From: Nymphaea colorata
Lineage: Eukaryota
NCBI RefSeq assembly: GCF_008831285.2
Contig: NC_045138.2
Span: 36,642,001 to 36,706,000, forward strand
Reading direction: 5' to 3'
DNA: 64,000 nucleotides
In this document: piece by piece, positions 24,775-38,600 of the stretch
Position numbering within the stretch: the stretch's first letter is position 1
How the letters are laid out: each line of letters opens with the position of its first letter
Position numbers and translations under genes: made by a program
Notes under the pieces: generated by a model
What the model was told of the DNA's origin: nothing
Databases searched by the model: none
Seen by the model: the letters and a program-made list of their open reading frames with translations, nothing else

Positions 24775-25335
24775 CAATTGGAGTTCCACCTTGGTAGAGC
24801 AGAGCGTACGTCTTCCAGCCTCTGTTTCAACTCGTTAACCAACGAGCAGATGGGCTCTAACTCACGCAGCGCACGCTCTTTTGATCCATTCCACTGTTTT
24901 GATCTTCCTGTCCAGCAAAGCCTCGTGACGCCTAATCTTCTCCACCATGCCTTGATGTTGTGAATTTTTTTACCGATCGGAATCGCCTCAGTATCTGCCC
25001 CTGCCCGCGCCGTGACGGCGTCCAGTCCAGGAGGGCGTGCAAGAGCTGATCGAGCTCTTCCTTCAGGCCCTTAGATGATAGTGAGCAAGAAATTGTCGGC
25101 TTCCAAACTGAGATCACGGAAGTCCTCCTTAAGGCGACCAAGCAATTCGTCTTTTCGGATGTCGTGGGAGCTTCATCGTCTGCTTGTTCAAGGAGGTGAC
25201 GAGGGACATGGCACGGTTGAGAAATTCAAAGGTCATGGCCCGATCGGCCAAGTCGCCGGATAGGGACAATTTGCAGAGCTCCAGCAGCAGGTGATACTTG
25301 TCTTTTCCGCTCTGAACCGTCTGGCTCCATCTCTT
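24775..25335 (-). pseudogene. Frameshifted coiled-coil coding remnant, possibly transposon-derived
   Basis: GC-rich with codon-like pieces DKYHLLLELCKLSLSGDLADRAMTFEFLNRAMSL, DELLGRLKEDFRDLSLEADNFLL, ERALRELEPICSLVNELKQRLEDVRS in different frames. Confidence 0.4.
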
Positions 25336-25906
25336 TCCTACTCTCCTTCAAACGAAATTTTTAAAACTATCTGAAAAAAAAAAAAAAATTGGACTCTCTC
25401 CCTCGCCTCTTACGTGCAACAACCCTAGAGTCGAGAACGGGAAGGGGTTTGGAAGCTTCCTTTTGAGTAGCCCGGCCCGATATCTCAAGCCCGATCTGCC
25501 ATTTTCACCCACTTTTTCTCTTATCCGACCGAAGTTTCTCATGGCTGTTCTGGCCTCCAGCCAGCGACGGTGGGACGTCGCCTACCAAACCCATGGTGAG
25601 TTTTCATTTATTCCTTCATTCATTTGTTTTATTTTCATTTTTGTGTTCCCTTCTTCTTTACTCAGGGTTTTAAGGTTTTGGGTTCGGGGGGAGAAAGATA
25701 GCCAGTGTCTCCCGCCTGCCCTCCCCGATTTCAGTGGAGACGGAGGAGGAGGGGGAGAGGGAGCGAGAGACGGGGGAGGAGCGGGAGACGGAGGGGTATC
25801 GGGCCGCCTACGGGCCGGCCTATCTGGCATTGTGGGTTTCAGATACTTTTGAGCTTGTGGCCTCCTCCTGCCTAAAGAAAAATGAACGCAGATTCGGCCA
25901 TGGCAT

Positions 25907-26170
25907 GTGGTAAACGCGCTGGGGAAGCGGCTTTGCATCTCCTTAAAAAAAAAGTTATTGAGCTTCCGTCCTCTTGCTGTGGCCCTGATGGTGCTCTTCC
26001 TGTTCACGACGCAGGAGAAAACGAACCCAGAGAGGAGGTCTAAGCTGAAGATTATGCTGTCCTTCAGCAAGTGGACTAGCTTTGCCACTTACGCCATTGT
26101 GGGTTTCCTTCTCGCCATCCCCACGACATTCGCGAACCTGAACGAAATTTTGTACAGTCAATATGATTAA
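25907..26170 (+). pseudogene. Unidentified small membrane-protein family, copy C (internal deletion relative to B)
   Basis: RSKLKIMLSF / KWTSFATYAIVGF align to WAKFNLMLSF / EFTSFCTYALGVY. DNA: TTATGCTGTCCTTCA vs TTATGCTTTCCTTCA, and ACTAGCTTTGCCACTTACGCCATTG vs ACTAGCTTCTGCACTTATGCCCTTG. Confidence 0.6.
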
Positions 26171-28444
26171 TGATGAAATTTTTTTTTTTAAAAAACAAAT
26201 TTTTTTAAAGATAAAAAAACCAAAAAATTTAAAAAAAAAAAAACATTTTTTTCGACAATTATAATGTTTGGATTGAGTTGTGTGCTGTTAGGAGCACCCA
26301 ACCTACATTGTATGTGGTAGGAGTAGAGTGTCTCTTTTTTTTTTTTTTATGTGTATACGGAGAACTTGCTCTCCTTGTTGAGCTTTGCAGTGACCATTAA
26401 AAAGAAAATCCGCAGGGCCGGTCGCACCCGTTCACCGGCCGCGCTTTCTTTTCAAACATGAAAATGTGAAGGCACGGCGCCATGAGAAATAATAAATTAA
26501 TGACAAAATGTAATTTTACTTTTATAGAGTCATATCTTTCTAATATGCATAAAAAAAAAAATTGTCTAATTAGTATCAAGGAATATGGTTGGCCTTACGG
26601 ATGATGTAATTAAATTTACTTTTTTAATTTTTAAAATTTTTTTTTGTTCACTTTACATACTTTACAGTTAGGCCTGCGCATCGGTCCGGCTCAACCCAAT
26701 CCGATAATTGTCGTGCTCGGGTCGACAAGAGACCCCAAAGCCATGCCCAAGTTCGGCCCGAGATTTGAAGCACGAGCCTGGATTCAGCTTGATTAAAATA
26801 AAAAAAATAAATGTAAAATAACTTTTTTTAATATAAAAAAATTTAATAATAAAATATATATCATTACTAAAATAAATTAATGTGCAATACATGCGGTTTT
26901 GGAGTCGGATGGATGTATTCATGGATTTGAGTGAAAAGTTCTTCTGATAGGGTGAAAAATGTGTAGGTTTGTATGCTAGTTTTGTGTGCATCTGAATAAG
27001 TTCCATTTTTGGTGTTTTTTTACATGTATACCCATCTGTTTGGGATGACCGCAGAGATTGAGTGTCTCCAGAAGGAGGATTTGTTGTCCTTTTATGTGAT
27101 TATGCTGATATGAGAAATTTTGAATAAGATTCTTTGCTTTAGTTTGATCGGAGTTATGTTCCTGTTTCTATGCTTCTGAGAGGTTTGTTTTGTTGCTTAA
27201 GTTCTAACAAAGTTTAGAGGAAGACAATCATACAGTCCTTACTTCTGATAAAGTGGCGTAATATTAGGTTTTGGTTTACTTCAATGCAGTCAATTTGGTA
27301 TTAGGGATGCATTGCCTGAATAAATGGTAGGTTGGGGTTTCTTCAATGAAGAAGTGATTTTGTTTGTTTCAGTAGTCGAATCGGAGAGCTTGATTTCTCT
27401 TTTTAGGACGTAGACAGTGGATTGATGCATTTTCTTTTTGCATCTCCAAAGCTCTTTGTGGAAATCTATCAGCAGTAGAGATGTTACCCATCCCCTCCGA
27501 GTCTTTGACAAGGTCAGTCATCTAAGCTTTATAGCCAGGAGAACACACTGTGTCAAAATTTAATGTCCCACAGTTTGAATACAAAAGGAGGGTTGGTGGT
27601 GACGGCGATGGATTCAGAGCAAATAAATGGAAATGAAAATGAAACAACAGGTTTTTGCAGACATCACTCTTATTTCTGCTTACCAAAGCTTGTTTAATCA
27701 TGAAGACTTGACTTGTTAAGAAGCTATTTATGCATAGCGAGACTGGGTATGTTTTGACTATGACTGAACTGTATTCAATTTATCCTGGATCAGTAATAAG
27801 GCAGTTGCACTATATCTATGTATCATTTAAAGTTATTGGGCGAAGTCGAGGTTGTCAAAATGGAAACAGGTGAAACCGTGGAAGTACTGAAATCTTTTTG
27901 TAATATGCTTGCATCTGACATTCATCCAAAAAGGTTTCTGAAGCTTAGATTATGCATATTCATCACGAATGTTGGATTTTGTGTTAGACTGAAATTCCTT
28001 TTTTTTTTTTTTTTTTGATTTTTGGACCAAACCGACCCAGCCCGTTAACAAAACGGCCGAGCTAAGCATCTTAACACGGTGGACCAGGCATGGTACCCAG
28101 CCCGACCCGGCCCGCCAATAATCGGGCCGGGGGGTCTTACCCCTAAATAAAAGCGTCCACTTTATATATTCGAAAGGCATAATGTTTTTTTATCAGACAC
28201 CCTCTAAGTACTCTTTTAGTTGTTTGTAATGAATTTTTTTCCAGTATAATTGGAAGAATTAGTCCAATGAAATTGACGCGTGGTTGCTAATTAATTTAGA
28301 AGCCATAAAAGGAGGAAAAAAAGATATTAATTGATTGAGCGCACACGGTAGCTCTGCACGGGGAAGTGCTCCGGCCCAAAACTACTAAACAATTAGGATA
28401 AAGGGGCCGAAAAGCAAAAGAAGGAAAAAAAAAAGGGGAAGAAG

Positions 28445-28518
28445 TTCCGTTGCCGGGATTTGAACCCGGGTCGCCTGGGTGAAAGCCAGATATCCTAACC
28501 GGACTAGACGACAACGGA
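28445..28518 (-). tRNA. tRNA-Glu (anticodon UUC), nuclear
   Basis: TCCGTTGTCGTCTAGTCCGGTTAGGATATCTGGCTTTCACCCAGGCGACCCGGGTTCAAATCCCGGCAACGGAA. Acceptor stem TCCGTTG/CAACGGA, anticodon loop CTTTCAC, T-loop GTTCAAATC, downstream T-run (Pol III terminator). Confidence 0.97.
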
Positions 28519-29316
28519 TTGATGAGGTCGTGCATCTAAAGTATTTTCTTGTATGGTAAAAGAAGGCCGGATATCTTCGTTGTCCGCTGGTCTCGTCCGA
28601 TCATTCCCAACGTATCCAGTGGAGCCCGCGAACAGTAAAAATATATGCATCGTTAATCGATATAGACATCGTACAATATGTTGATACGTGATATTTCAAA
28701 AATATGTCACCTCTTTTACATATTTGTGCATTGATTAGGAGCTGCTGCAGTTTTTGGGTGAGCTGAAGATAAAAATTAACTTTACTAACTAAGAAAAGCA
28801 AATTTGCCCGAAATATAACTTAATCGACCAATGTTAGGCAACTCCCCATTTTTTGCACTTAACCACAAGATCAAAGCTTACCTTGATTAAATTCATTTAG
28901 TCAGATTTGACCTACATATATATTTTGGACGTATATCCCTCAGTTTAACTTAAAGGTTCCATAAGCTTCACCTACGTCAAGCTTGTAGACCTCAATTTGA
29001 CCAGGGCCCAGTGAACCATGCACTTAGCCTGGTTCATAACTTTAACAAGTCAGACTACTTGTGGGTAATAGTCAACTTAGTTCGGGCCTATGACAGAGCC
29101 AAGTTGGTAAAGGGGGATCATTGACCAGGTTCAAACCCATTGCGGCCAGGGCCAGTAGGTCATGCAACTCATCTATATGTGTTGAAGTTTTGTGTTTCTT
29201 AGAGCCATATCTCGAAAAGGGAAAGAAAAAAATGCAGCCGGTACAACTAGTTACAAGTATGCATGCATTTTTTGTTAAGTATTATGAAACGGATGAGGAT
29301 GTATATGTTGAAGCTA

Positions 29317-29378
29317 GCTAACAAATATTTATTGGGCTACAAAGCGGCTAACAAATATTTATTGGGCTACAAAGCGGC
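29317..29378. repeat. Exact 30-bp tandem duplication upstream of the rhomboid-like gene
   Basis: GCTAACAAATATTTATTGGGCTACAAAGCG occurs twice. Confidence 0.95.
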
Positions 29379-29942
29379 CGGATATAATACTTTTTATTAT
29401 GCAAGAATTGATTTTGGATGTTCGAAACATAATAGTAATAAGCCAAACTTATTAACTTTCGAGGGAGTTGGTGTAATGAACGGGTCGAGGGCTAGTAAGC
29501 AGCTAGTATTGGTTTCGAATTTCTAAAACATCAATTCTCTACTATTATCAGTGTGACCATGCTCTGGAACTCCCTGCTTGAATAAGATATTAGTCTTGTA
29601 ATGGGGATATTGAAAAGTGCACCCACTATTCGAACCTAACCGGGATAATTCGGGATATTGGAAATATTATCCTAAGTTATCCCACTTTCCTGGATAAGTA
29701 TGTGTAGCAACAAGCATCTCAATTGTCTCTTCGGGGACATCCGATAAAATTGGAACTAGCATCTCAATTTGTACCGGATCCCCTGGGTCGGCGCGCGGGA
29801 GCCGATCCATAGCTACCTGCTACTCGCTTTCTTCTTCTTATTTTTCTCGACTAGGTTCCGTGTGGACTGAACCAAACGGAACACACGCACACTCTCTCTC
29901 CTCCTTCCTCCCTCTCGATTCGTTTTCGGCTTCTCATCGAAG

Positions 29943-32900
29943 ATGAACGGCGGTCCGTCTGGGTTCTGTGAGTAGACGTGACTTTTTTTCTTTTACCAGA
30001 GCGATTTCGAGATCGGTTCCTTCGTTTCTTTGTTTCCCCTTCCTTATGGGGAGTCATTTTTTTGGTTCGTATTTCTCGTCGTTCATTGTGGTTTGGTTGA
30101 TTCTGCAGACAATGCCCCGATTACGAGAATTTTCGTCATCGCTTGTGCCGTCTTCACCGTCCTTGCGGGCACGCGTGGTCATTCGGCGACTTTGGGCGTT
30201 TCCTATCAGGTAGATCGTCGTTATTATCGTGTAATTTTGTGTTCTTGCTAGTTTGCTGGGTTTTTCGCGATCCTCTCTTCGATACGTTTTTGCCCGATGT
30301 GGGTATTTTGAGGTTTTTCCAGAAAATGCAAGATCGCGGGCAAAGGTTTTTATGTGGTGAAGAAAGGTTCTGCGGCGATCCTTTTTGAGCTCTGGAAAAT
30401 TTGGCTATTATCTAATTTGTTTGTTTTCTGTGGCCGGAAGTTGGTGTTTCCATGACCATGTTGGGTTTGTCGTCTCTTTGTGGAGTTTTTGTTGTGAGTA
30501 GATGGCCGTAAGGGTCTAAAATTCCGTTAATGGAATCTAGGTGTGGAGCAACTTTTGATTGCGGGAATTCTTTTGACTGGCACCATATATGTAGGCTTTT
30601 TGCCTATATCTATCTTGTGCCTTCGTGGTCCAAGAAAAGTTGAAGTTGCTGGTATACGGGGTTGTTGATGGTATGAACAGCAATGGAGAAAGCGAACATG
30701 GAAGAGGAAAATGAAAATCAGGCCAAATTGGGTTGACGCTTTTCATCTTGTCGAGTCTGATACTAAAGTTTCTGATGGTGCAGCCTTAATATATGATCAG
30801 AATTTTAAGGACCAGTTTCCGAGTAATCTGTACAATTAGGAGATTATGCACTTGCCTTGTGCTTATGAATTCCTGACTGCTGTGGCTTGGCATGTTTTAG
30901 GATCATCATTAAGATGTCTGAAGTTGAACTTTTGCCAGAATTAATCGCATAATATATTTGAAATTTGATTCAACTATATCTGTGTTAGAACTTCCAGGCA
31001 TTTCTCTCATGTGCCTTAATTGTCTTATTATAAAAATAATCAAAACTGAATATCATTTAAAGTCACATGCTAGAGTCAGGATTAAGAGTTTAAAGTTTAA
31101 ACAGCAACATCATGTTCTCTATTGTCCTAACTTTTATGACTTAAGTGTTCACGTTTAAGATGAGCTCTTTTATATGTTGTTCAGAATGTCAAAAAACAGA
31201 AGGGTCTTTACTGGATTTTTTTTTCTGCAGGATATTTTGAAGAAGCGACAATTTGGGAGGCTATTGTCTTCCGTGTTTTCTTTTTCATCCACTCCAGAGT
31301 TGATATTTGGCCTATATCTGCTTTATTACTTCAGAGTGTTTGAGAGGCAAATTGGCTCGAACAAGTACTCGGTAAGTAGCCAGTAGTTTACTTCCTCCGT
31401 GACTGCTTTTATTTATTTTGTTTGTAGGTCAGTTGGAAGATCAGTGCACCATGGATATCTTTTTGCACTTAGAAATTGTCATCCTGTTTGAAATTGTTTC
31501 AAGTTTTTATTTCATATTCCTTTCCTCTTACTAAAGAGTATATTAAAAAGAAAAAGACTTGCTTTACTCTAACAATATATTTAACACTAGAAAAAGATTT
31601 GCTTTCCTACAAAGTTCTTGTCACAATGGAGTTTCCTGTACTTAATTTCTGTTGATGTTTCCTTTTCTCAATCTTATTTTTTCGTTGACCAACTGAAAGG
31701 TTGTCATTTAGACCATTTCCATTTTCACAAACAATCACATTCCATGGGAAGCTGAGAGAAAGTTGTCCATTGTAGCTTAGTTAGCTCACTTTTCATAACA
31801 GACACAAGAAAGACTTTTATGGCAAAATGGATTGTGAATTTGTGATGGATCCAATTCAAGAGATAATCATGGTAATGTGATATAGCCATCAAATTGTTGA
31901 CTTTGGCAGTATAACTTTTGAAACTAGTCTCCTGTACAAGCTTGCCAATTAACCACCTATAATCCATTCTTCACATTACCCGCTGGAGATATACATGCAA
32001 TCCTCTCATGAAATATCAGGGAAAAATTCAGCACACTTCTTTTTATCAGGAAATATTTCTTTCTAGGTCAACATGGAAATAATGAGAAGGTTGGATTGTT
32101 CCTGCATTTGGCTGATGCTCTGTCCTGTTCTTATTTCGTTGCACTAGATATTTTTATCAATGACACTAAACTAATTCAATTATGCAGGTTTTTATCTTAT
32201 TCTCACTGCTAGCGACAACCCTTATTGAGACAATCTGCCTTGGACTGCTGAAAGGTACTCTCTTGAATCCACCAACACACTTTTTTTCCGATGAAGATGT
32301 ACTGTCTGTTGTATGTCACAGAAATACTACTTTCTTTACCATGTAAGCATTATTTTGTACATGCCTCACAAGGTTCTGCCATGGAAAGACACTTCAGCAG
32401 CCTGGAGAATACTTGTTTTTTTATTCATCAATCTAGTTTCTTACTGCACATGTTATTGGTATTAAAAATTGAATCAAGTCCCACTGCCCTTCTATACGCC
32501 TGTAGTGGAATCTAGGTTTTTGAGTTTTGACATTTGCCCTTCTTGGACTTACTAATTTCAAAGTCATCATAATTGGAAAGCTATAAATCATTGTCGAAAT
32601 TAAAAGATTTTGATCCTTCTTAACATAGGTCACTAATTAGTCCTCATAGCGATTCATTTGTTAGACTAATTCAATTACTTATAGAGCCGAATGAAGTAAA
32701 TTTTGTGCCATTGTATAGACTCATATTCTCAGTTGATGTCATCAGCGGACCTTAACATTGTCTATAGGCTATAGTCTGACTCTGAAAAATTTTGTTTTCA
32801 TGATCAGCCTGTTTGTCAATTATGAACATCCTTATTTACTTGTGATTTTCACTAGTTGTTTGTGAACTTGTCTTCCTAGTTGACTAATTTTCCTGCTAAG

Positions 32901-34545
32901 ATGCTAAACATATGATACGCTGTACTGCTTGATTTTATAATAGCTGCAAGGTTACCTACATAGGAAGCAGTGACCACCTTCTCTTTATTGTTGCTCAGTT
33001 GATTGACCTTTTTTGCAGGTCCTACTTTTAATACACTAGCATCTGGACCCTATGCTGTGATCTTCGCTTCCTTTGTACCGTTCTACTTTGACATCCCTGT
33101 TTCAACACGGTTTCGTGTATTTGGTTTTCCTTTTTCAGATAAATCATTCATTTATCTAGCAGGCCTTCAGGTAATTGAAATCAATTGTGTCAAGCTGTAA
33201 AATTTCTAGTGGTTCATTTGTTATTTCAGTATAAGCTACAATGTGTTGTTGGGTTTTCAGCTCATTCTCTCTTCATGGAGGAGATCATTATTGCCTGGAA
33301 TTTGTGGCATTGTTGCAGGGCTATTCTATCACTTGAATTTGTTTTACATTCGCAAGATAAAGGTAATTAGTTTCAATCCTCATCTGTCGGTGCAATGTTA
33401 ATACTTTTGTGCCTTTTCCATGACACTTATTTTTTAAACAAATTTATTAAGTTAAAAGTCCAAAGAATGTACTTCAAAACAATGAAAGGTAGAACTAAAT
33501 GGTGTGGATATCCCAACAGTAGGTCAATAAGTCTGGGGAACCTGATTAAGCTGGAAGCCTGGAACCAGCAAAACCAAGAATTTGTTCGAAAGAGTTTGGT
33601 CTCCACATGTTGCATGTTACCTCTGGTCTTTGATGTTCTAAATTTTATTTTGCAGTTCCCTAATGCTGTTGCATCATTTTTTTCACGCTTATCATGGCCT
33701 GTTGCTATGGGAGGATCATCATCTACAGCTGCAAGAAGAAACATTCCGAGAAATGCCCCTCGTGCAGTCCATCCTCGTGTGGAGGCAAGTCCCTTTCACT
33801 ATTGATTTGCTTGAATTTTTACTTTAACTGCTTCCTGCATTAAAGTGGATTTCTTTGGCCCTATTCTCCAAGTACATTTTGAATCATGTTTTGTCGGGCT
33901 GTATCTGCTGCATCACATTTGGACTGGCTGCAATATAATGCTTTCCACCACTTTTGCATCATCTTTATTTTTCATAAACAGTGAATCTGTTTGATTTTTT
34001 GTCTTCAAGTTGGAACTTATAGCGCTCTAAGTTGATCAAGCCTTTTGCGTTATTAATATATCATGGTAGATACATCTGTTAGGCACACATCATGATACTT
34101 GGTTGCTGCCTCACAGCAACCAATTTACCACCATTTTGCGTCGTAAGTGGAGAAATGTTGAGCATGTAATGATGCGTACTGGTGTTGAAATCTCTCTCTC
34201 CCTCTCCCTCTCCCTCTCTCTTGGTGTGAACATATGCTAGATGAAGTAGGTCTCAACACGTTCAGATGAAATACCTGAGGGAACCTACTCTTTAATCAAC
34301 CTAGGCGACAGTTATTTTCCTATAAAAGCCTTGCTGGACTCCGTTTTCCTTTCTTGTATTAACAGGTTGACAGCTATCCACCGTCTGCTCCGTTTGCTTC
34401 TATGGTGGAGCCAGCAGAGGATTCCATTGCAACCTTGGTATCAATGGGCTTTGACAGGAGTTCAGCAAGACAAGCACTTGTACAAGCAAGGAATGACTTG
34501 AACGCAGCTACAAACTTACTTTTGGAGACACAATCACATTCATAA
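29943..34545 (+). CDS. Rhomboid-like pseudoprotease with C-terminal UBA domain (RBL18/RBL20, UBAC2-like), 298 aa, 8 exons
   Basis: Exons 29943-29967, 30109-30209, 31231-31371, 32188-32254, 33019-33170, 33261-33362, 33656-33784 (GC donor), 34366-34545; 897 nt in frame. [15 protein letters not shown]...[20 protein letters not shown]...[21 protein letters not shown]...[37 protein letters not shown]. Confidence 0.95.
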
Positions 34546-35080
34546 GATCAACTCTCAACCATGAGATCAATTGACGTCCCTGATAACGTGAAAGTTGAAG
34601 ATGTAGAATTTTTACAAGATCAACGGGCTAGAAAATGTGAGAACCTGAGCACCGGATCGGCAATTAGTGGTAGGGAGAAAATCCCATGATTTTCTCTGTA
34701 TGTGCGTGGAAAAAGTGGTGAAAATCAGTGGCTGGGTTTTTTCATTATTTAGCCTTTCACGAACCAGCTTGTAACATTACGTGTTTGGAATTTGCGTATA
34801 TTGGCATTATGTTCCTGGAGAAGAAACCTTCGGTTGTTACTAATCTATTTGGGGAGAAATTCAATCAACCAGTCGATGCTCTTTCACTTGTGTTGGTTCC
34901 GTTTGTGTGTTCACCCGCGTCCAGTTCTTGCATGCATGCAGAACGTGTGTAACCAAGCACTGGACATGCTTGCGAAACAATGCTCTACTCGAACACGCGA
35001 CAACAATTACTCAATGGTTCTTGCGGTTCTAACTGAGAAAACTAGAAATATTTTGGTCACCGGACAGCAAGCCCAACGTG

Positions 35081-35200
35081 GGTGAATAACCTTGCTGACG
35101 AATCCAAATACTTATAACATTCCTTTGAAAAAAGAAAAAAGGTGAATAACCCAGCTGGCGAAACCAAGTACTTCATAACATTCCTTTGAAAAAAGAAAAA
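35081..35200. repeat. Diverged 2 x 60 bp tandem duplication between convergent genes
   Basis: GGTGAATAACC...ATAACATTCCTTTGAAAAAAGAAAAA at 35081 and 35141. Confidence 0.9.
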
Positions 35201-35600
35201 GAAGTTAAGTCTCACGCTTTTTTACAGTTTGACGAGCCAAAATAATTTTTACTCATAATTCAGCAATATACATATGAAAAGGCCAGTACCGGAACAAACC
35301 TCCTTCCTGACATACATAAAGAGGCTACGCTCACATAAGCCCTTCTTGTTTCATAATGTAAACAGGAAAGCAAAACGAAAATTCTCAAAGAACTATAAGC
35401 AGAAAAGGGAAAGTATATTTGGATACAAGTCCACTTTCAGAGACTCCAGCTACAGCCCCATGGTGTCATCATAGAGCGAGCTTTCTGGAACGCTTAAAGC
35501 CCCGAGTTTTCACAACGAAAGCATGTACAGGTATATGAAACCTCCTCTCTGAACTCATATATTTTGATCATCACTTTTCCAGGAGTTACCGCACAACCAG

Positions 35601-38600
35601 TTATAGGCTGCAGACATCAATTCGACTCTTGTGAAGCTGAAAAGCAGGGGTGATCCAGCTACCACAACTGCATTGGATGCCTGACCAGTTAAAGTAACCC
35701 AAACGAGATTGGCAATGGATGCAGGACAGCTTTCCCTCCATTGCACCATCCTCAACTAATCAAGAGAGTAAGAGAGAAAATATCAGGGAATCAAATACAC
35801 AGATCCACTTTGCAAAGGATTAAATACCAGCAAACCATCAATAATTTGAATGCCTTCAATGGGCAGGGATGAGAATCATAGCCAGAAACCTGTCTCATGT
35901 TACACTCAAGCCCGATGACAAATTGGTGAAGATTGAGCAAGCCCATAAAGGTTCAGTTAAGAGACTGATAATTTTACCTAAAGCTTAAATGCACATCCAC
36001 TAGAAAATTGTATTGCAGAAAGTGTTTCAAAAGCATACCTGCTTTCATCCATTTAAGAGGTTCAATAAATATAGATGAGCACTCAATCTCGTCAGCCCGA
36101 ATAAATGGGTGTCCACTTCTACGCTTTGCCCAACTGAAGCATGCTTCCCCTTCACCTGGTGTATGGCTGATCACATTGTCCTGTGTTGCAACAACTCTCC
36201 TACATGATTTGCAACGGAAGGCTGTCTTTGGCTTGTCGGTCAATGTATCAGCCCGAGAACTGACTTGATCAGGCAAACCTGGATCAGTACCAAATCCTGA
36301 GCCATCTATCTTCTCACCTCTACTGTATGCCTCACCTGAAACCATATACCCACCATGACAATCAGAAAAAGTATTAACAATTTTTATATTCAAGAAAAAA
36401 AATACTAATTCGGAAATTCAGATTCCATTAACTTCTGTCATATGTGGGAGATGAAATAGACATTATATGTATCTATTTATTAATTGCCTTACAAGTAAAC
36501 TAGGAAGGTCGAAGTGCAGTTTGTTTAAGTACAACATGATGCCTGTTAGCTCTTCTTATGTGTTTTGAACCGTACTGATTTCCTTCCTTTGTGCCTTATC
36601 GAGCAGCAAAATAAGCTTGATTACTCAACTATCTAAAAGGGATCAATTATTTTCAATTTTTGCCTCAACTTAACCAATCAGAGTGGTTTAGTTACTGATG
36701 TACAAAGCCTGTCAAATAAAAAGACTACTGATGCAGAAATGGTTACCACGACACTGCTAATACCACTCATCTGCCTCCTGTCGGGCTCATGCAAGACTTT
36801 GTTCAACATTGTTAACACTGGGATCAGAAGCAAAGCATTTTATAATGAAAGAACCTCTCCTTGGCCTTTAACAATGTTTATATTTGTCATTTATCAACAG
36901 AAAAATAATTGTTACTATTATTTACTGAACACTGAATTGATTAAATTTCAGGCAAAAGACAAAGCGAAGAAGGAATATCACATGTCCATGAAATGGATGT
37001 CATATTATCTTGCTTCCCTGTGCAATCACCATGGGGTTAATGATCAAGAAAATCTACTGGGAACAGTTAAACTGAATATCTCACCCAGTAATTTTAAGCG
37101 AAAGCGCTTGTAGATAGGGCTTGTTCGATCCACCTTAAACCCCATATTCTCAAACATCTTTAACTGCAATTATCCAAAACATCACAAATGAGTAAATGGC
37201 TAGCCAAATTATGATTTGGCAATGTACTATTTCATTGCCATCCTTTCACCTGCTCAAGGAAACCATCATTGGGGCAAACCAATTCACAGCTTTGATGCAG
37301 CGATTCCAAAGCATCTGCAAATCCAATGACCGCCAAAGAAATGAGTATTTAAATGTCAGCATAGAAAGATTAACTGAATTTTCATCCCAAATTCTTGAAC
37401 TTGAAAACTAACAAGTTAAGCCAATTATAATAAAATATGGATTAAATTAAAATGTCCAAATACAACATTAAACAATTAATAAACCAAATTCTGCAATGCC
37501 AACTACAGGCTGTGGTTGCCAACACCCCCCAAAACAGTGTCAATTATTGAAAATTTTAAACTATTCAGAGTTTAATAATGCCTAACCACAATTGTAAAGG
37601 AACACAAAGGCACATCCGATAACAAGCTTGTGGAGCAAGTGAAAAAGGAAAGGAACAACATATTAGCTATACATAACTCAGATTCTTTAGTATGATCCTG
37701 ACCTTCTTGGGATAGCTGTTCACTTCTCATCAGATATGCTGTCATGACAGCTGCACTGCAATGACAAGAAAAGCAAGGAATAAAATTTCTATTTGAATAT
37801 GACACGAAATGGAAGACTAATGTATGAACAATAAAATTACTCTTCAATAATGGTCTATGTCTCCAGGACGAGCATAATCTGATAATAAGAGATGCATGAT
37901 TTAATCTTTTAGAATAAATAGTATTTTAAGATTTCTTGTCAAACAAGGGTCGAGCATAATCTGATAACCTGGAAAATTTATTTAATCCAGGAAAGAACTT
38001 ATATTGTGACTAAATGATATTATCAGATTCTTTGTCTAACAAAGGATTGAGGACAATTCACTAACCAAGAGAAATTATTCAATCGAGGAAAGAACTATTA
38101 TAATCTCGAAAAATCATAGTCAAATGGTACTAGCAAAATGCAAGGAAAATAATGTGAAATTGCATTATTAATGATTTAAGTTGCTCACATGAAGAGACTA
38201 AACGATCTTTCATAGAAGGACCTCACAAGAAATTCAACTGAATGCATCCCTTGGCCAACTATAGCTTGGCAAGGATTGGGGAACGGAAACTATAGCCACA
38301 GAAGGACAAAACTAATTAATAAAAGGAAAGACGTTTATATAATTGATTAGTTTGTCTAGTTGGGTTTGTAGTTCTTTTATTTATCCTACAATATTTCTGC
38401 AAAAAAATTGAAAACTATCAAAGGTTCAAACCTCACAGATCTCGGACACTCTTGGTATCTTTACAACTATACAACAATTTCCTTTCTAAGCAACACAAGT
38501 TCAATCTTTATCCTTTCTGTTATAGCAAAAACATGTTAGCAGCAATTTTTTCTAACCACAGTATGTTACAAATAATATCAGAGCCTCTGATTCCCTCAAG

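Noticed and set aside
26900..27940. Intron/exon-like stretch with short peptides (e.g. LLGEVEVVKMETGETVEVLKSF)
   Set aside because: I could not build an in-frame model or recognise a family.
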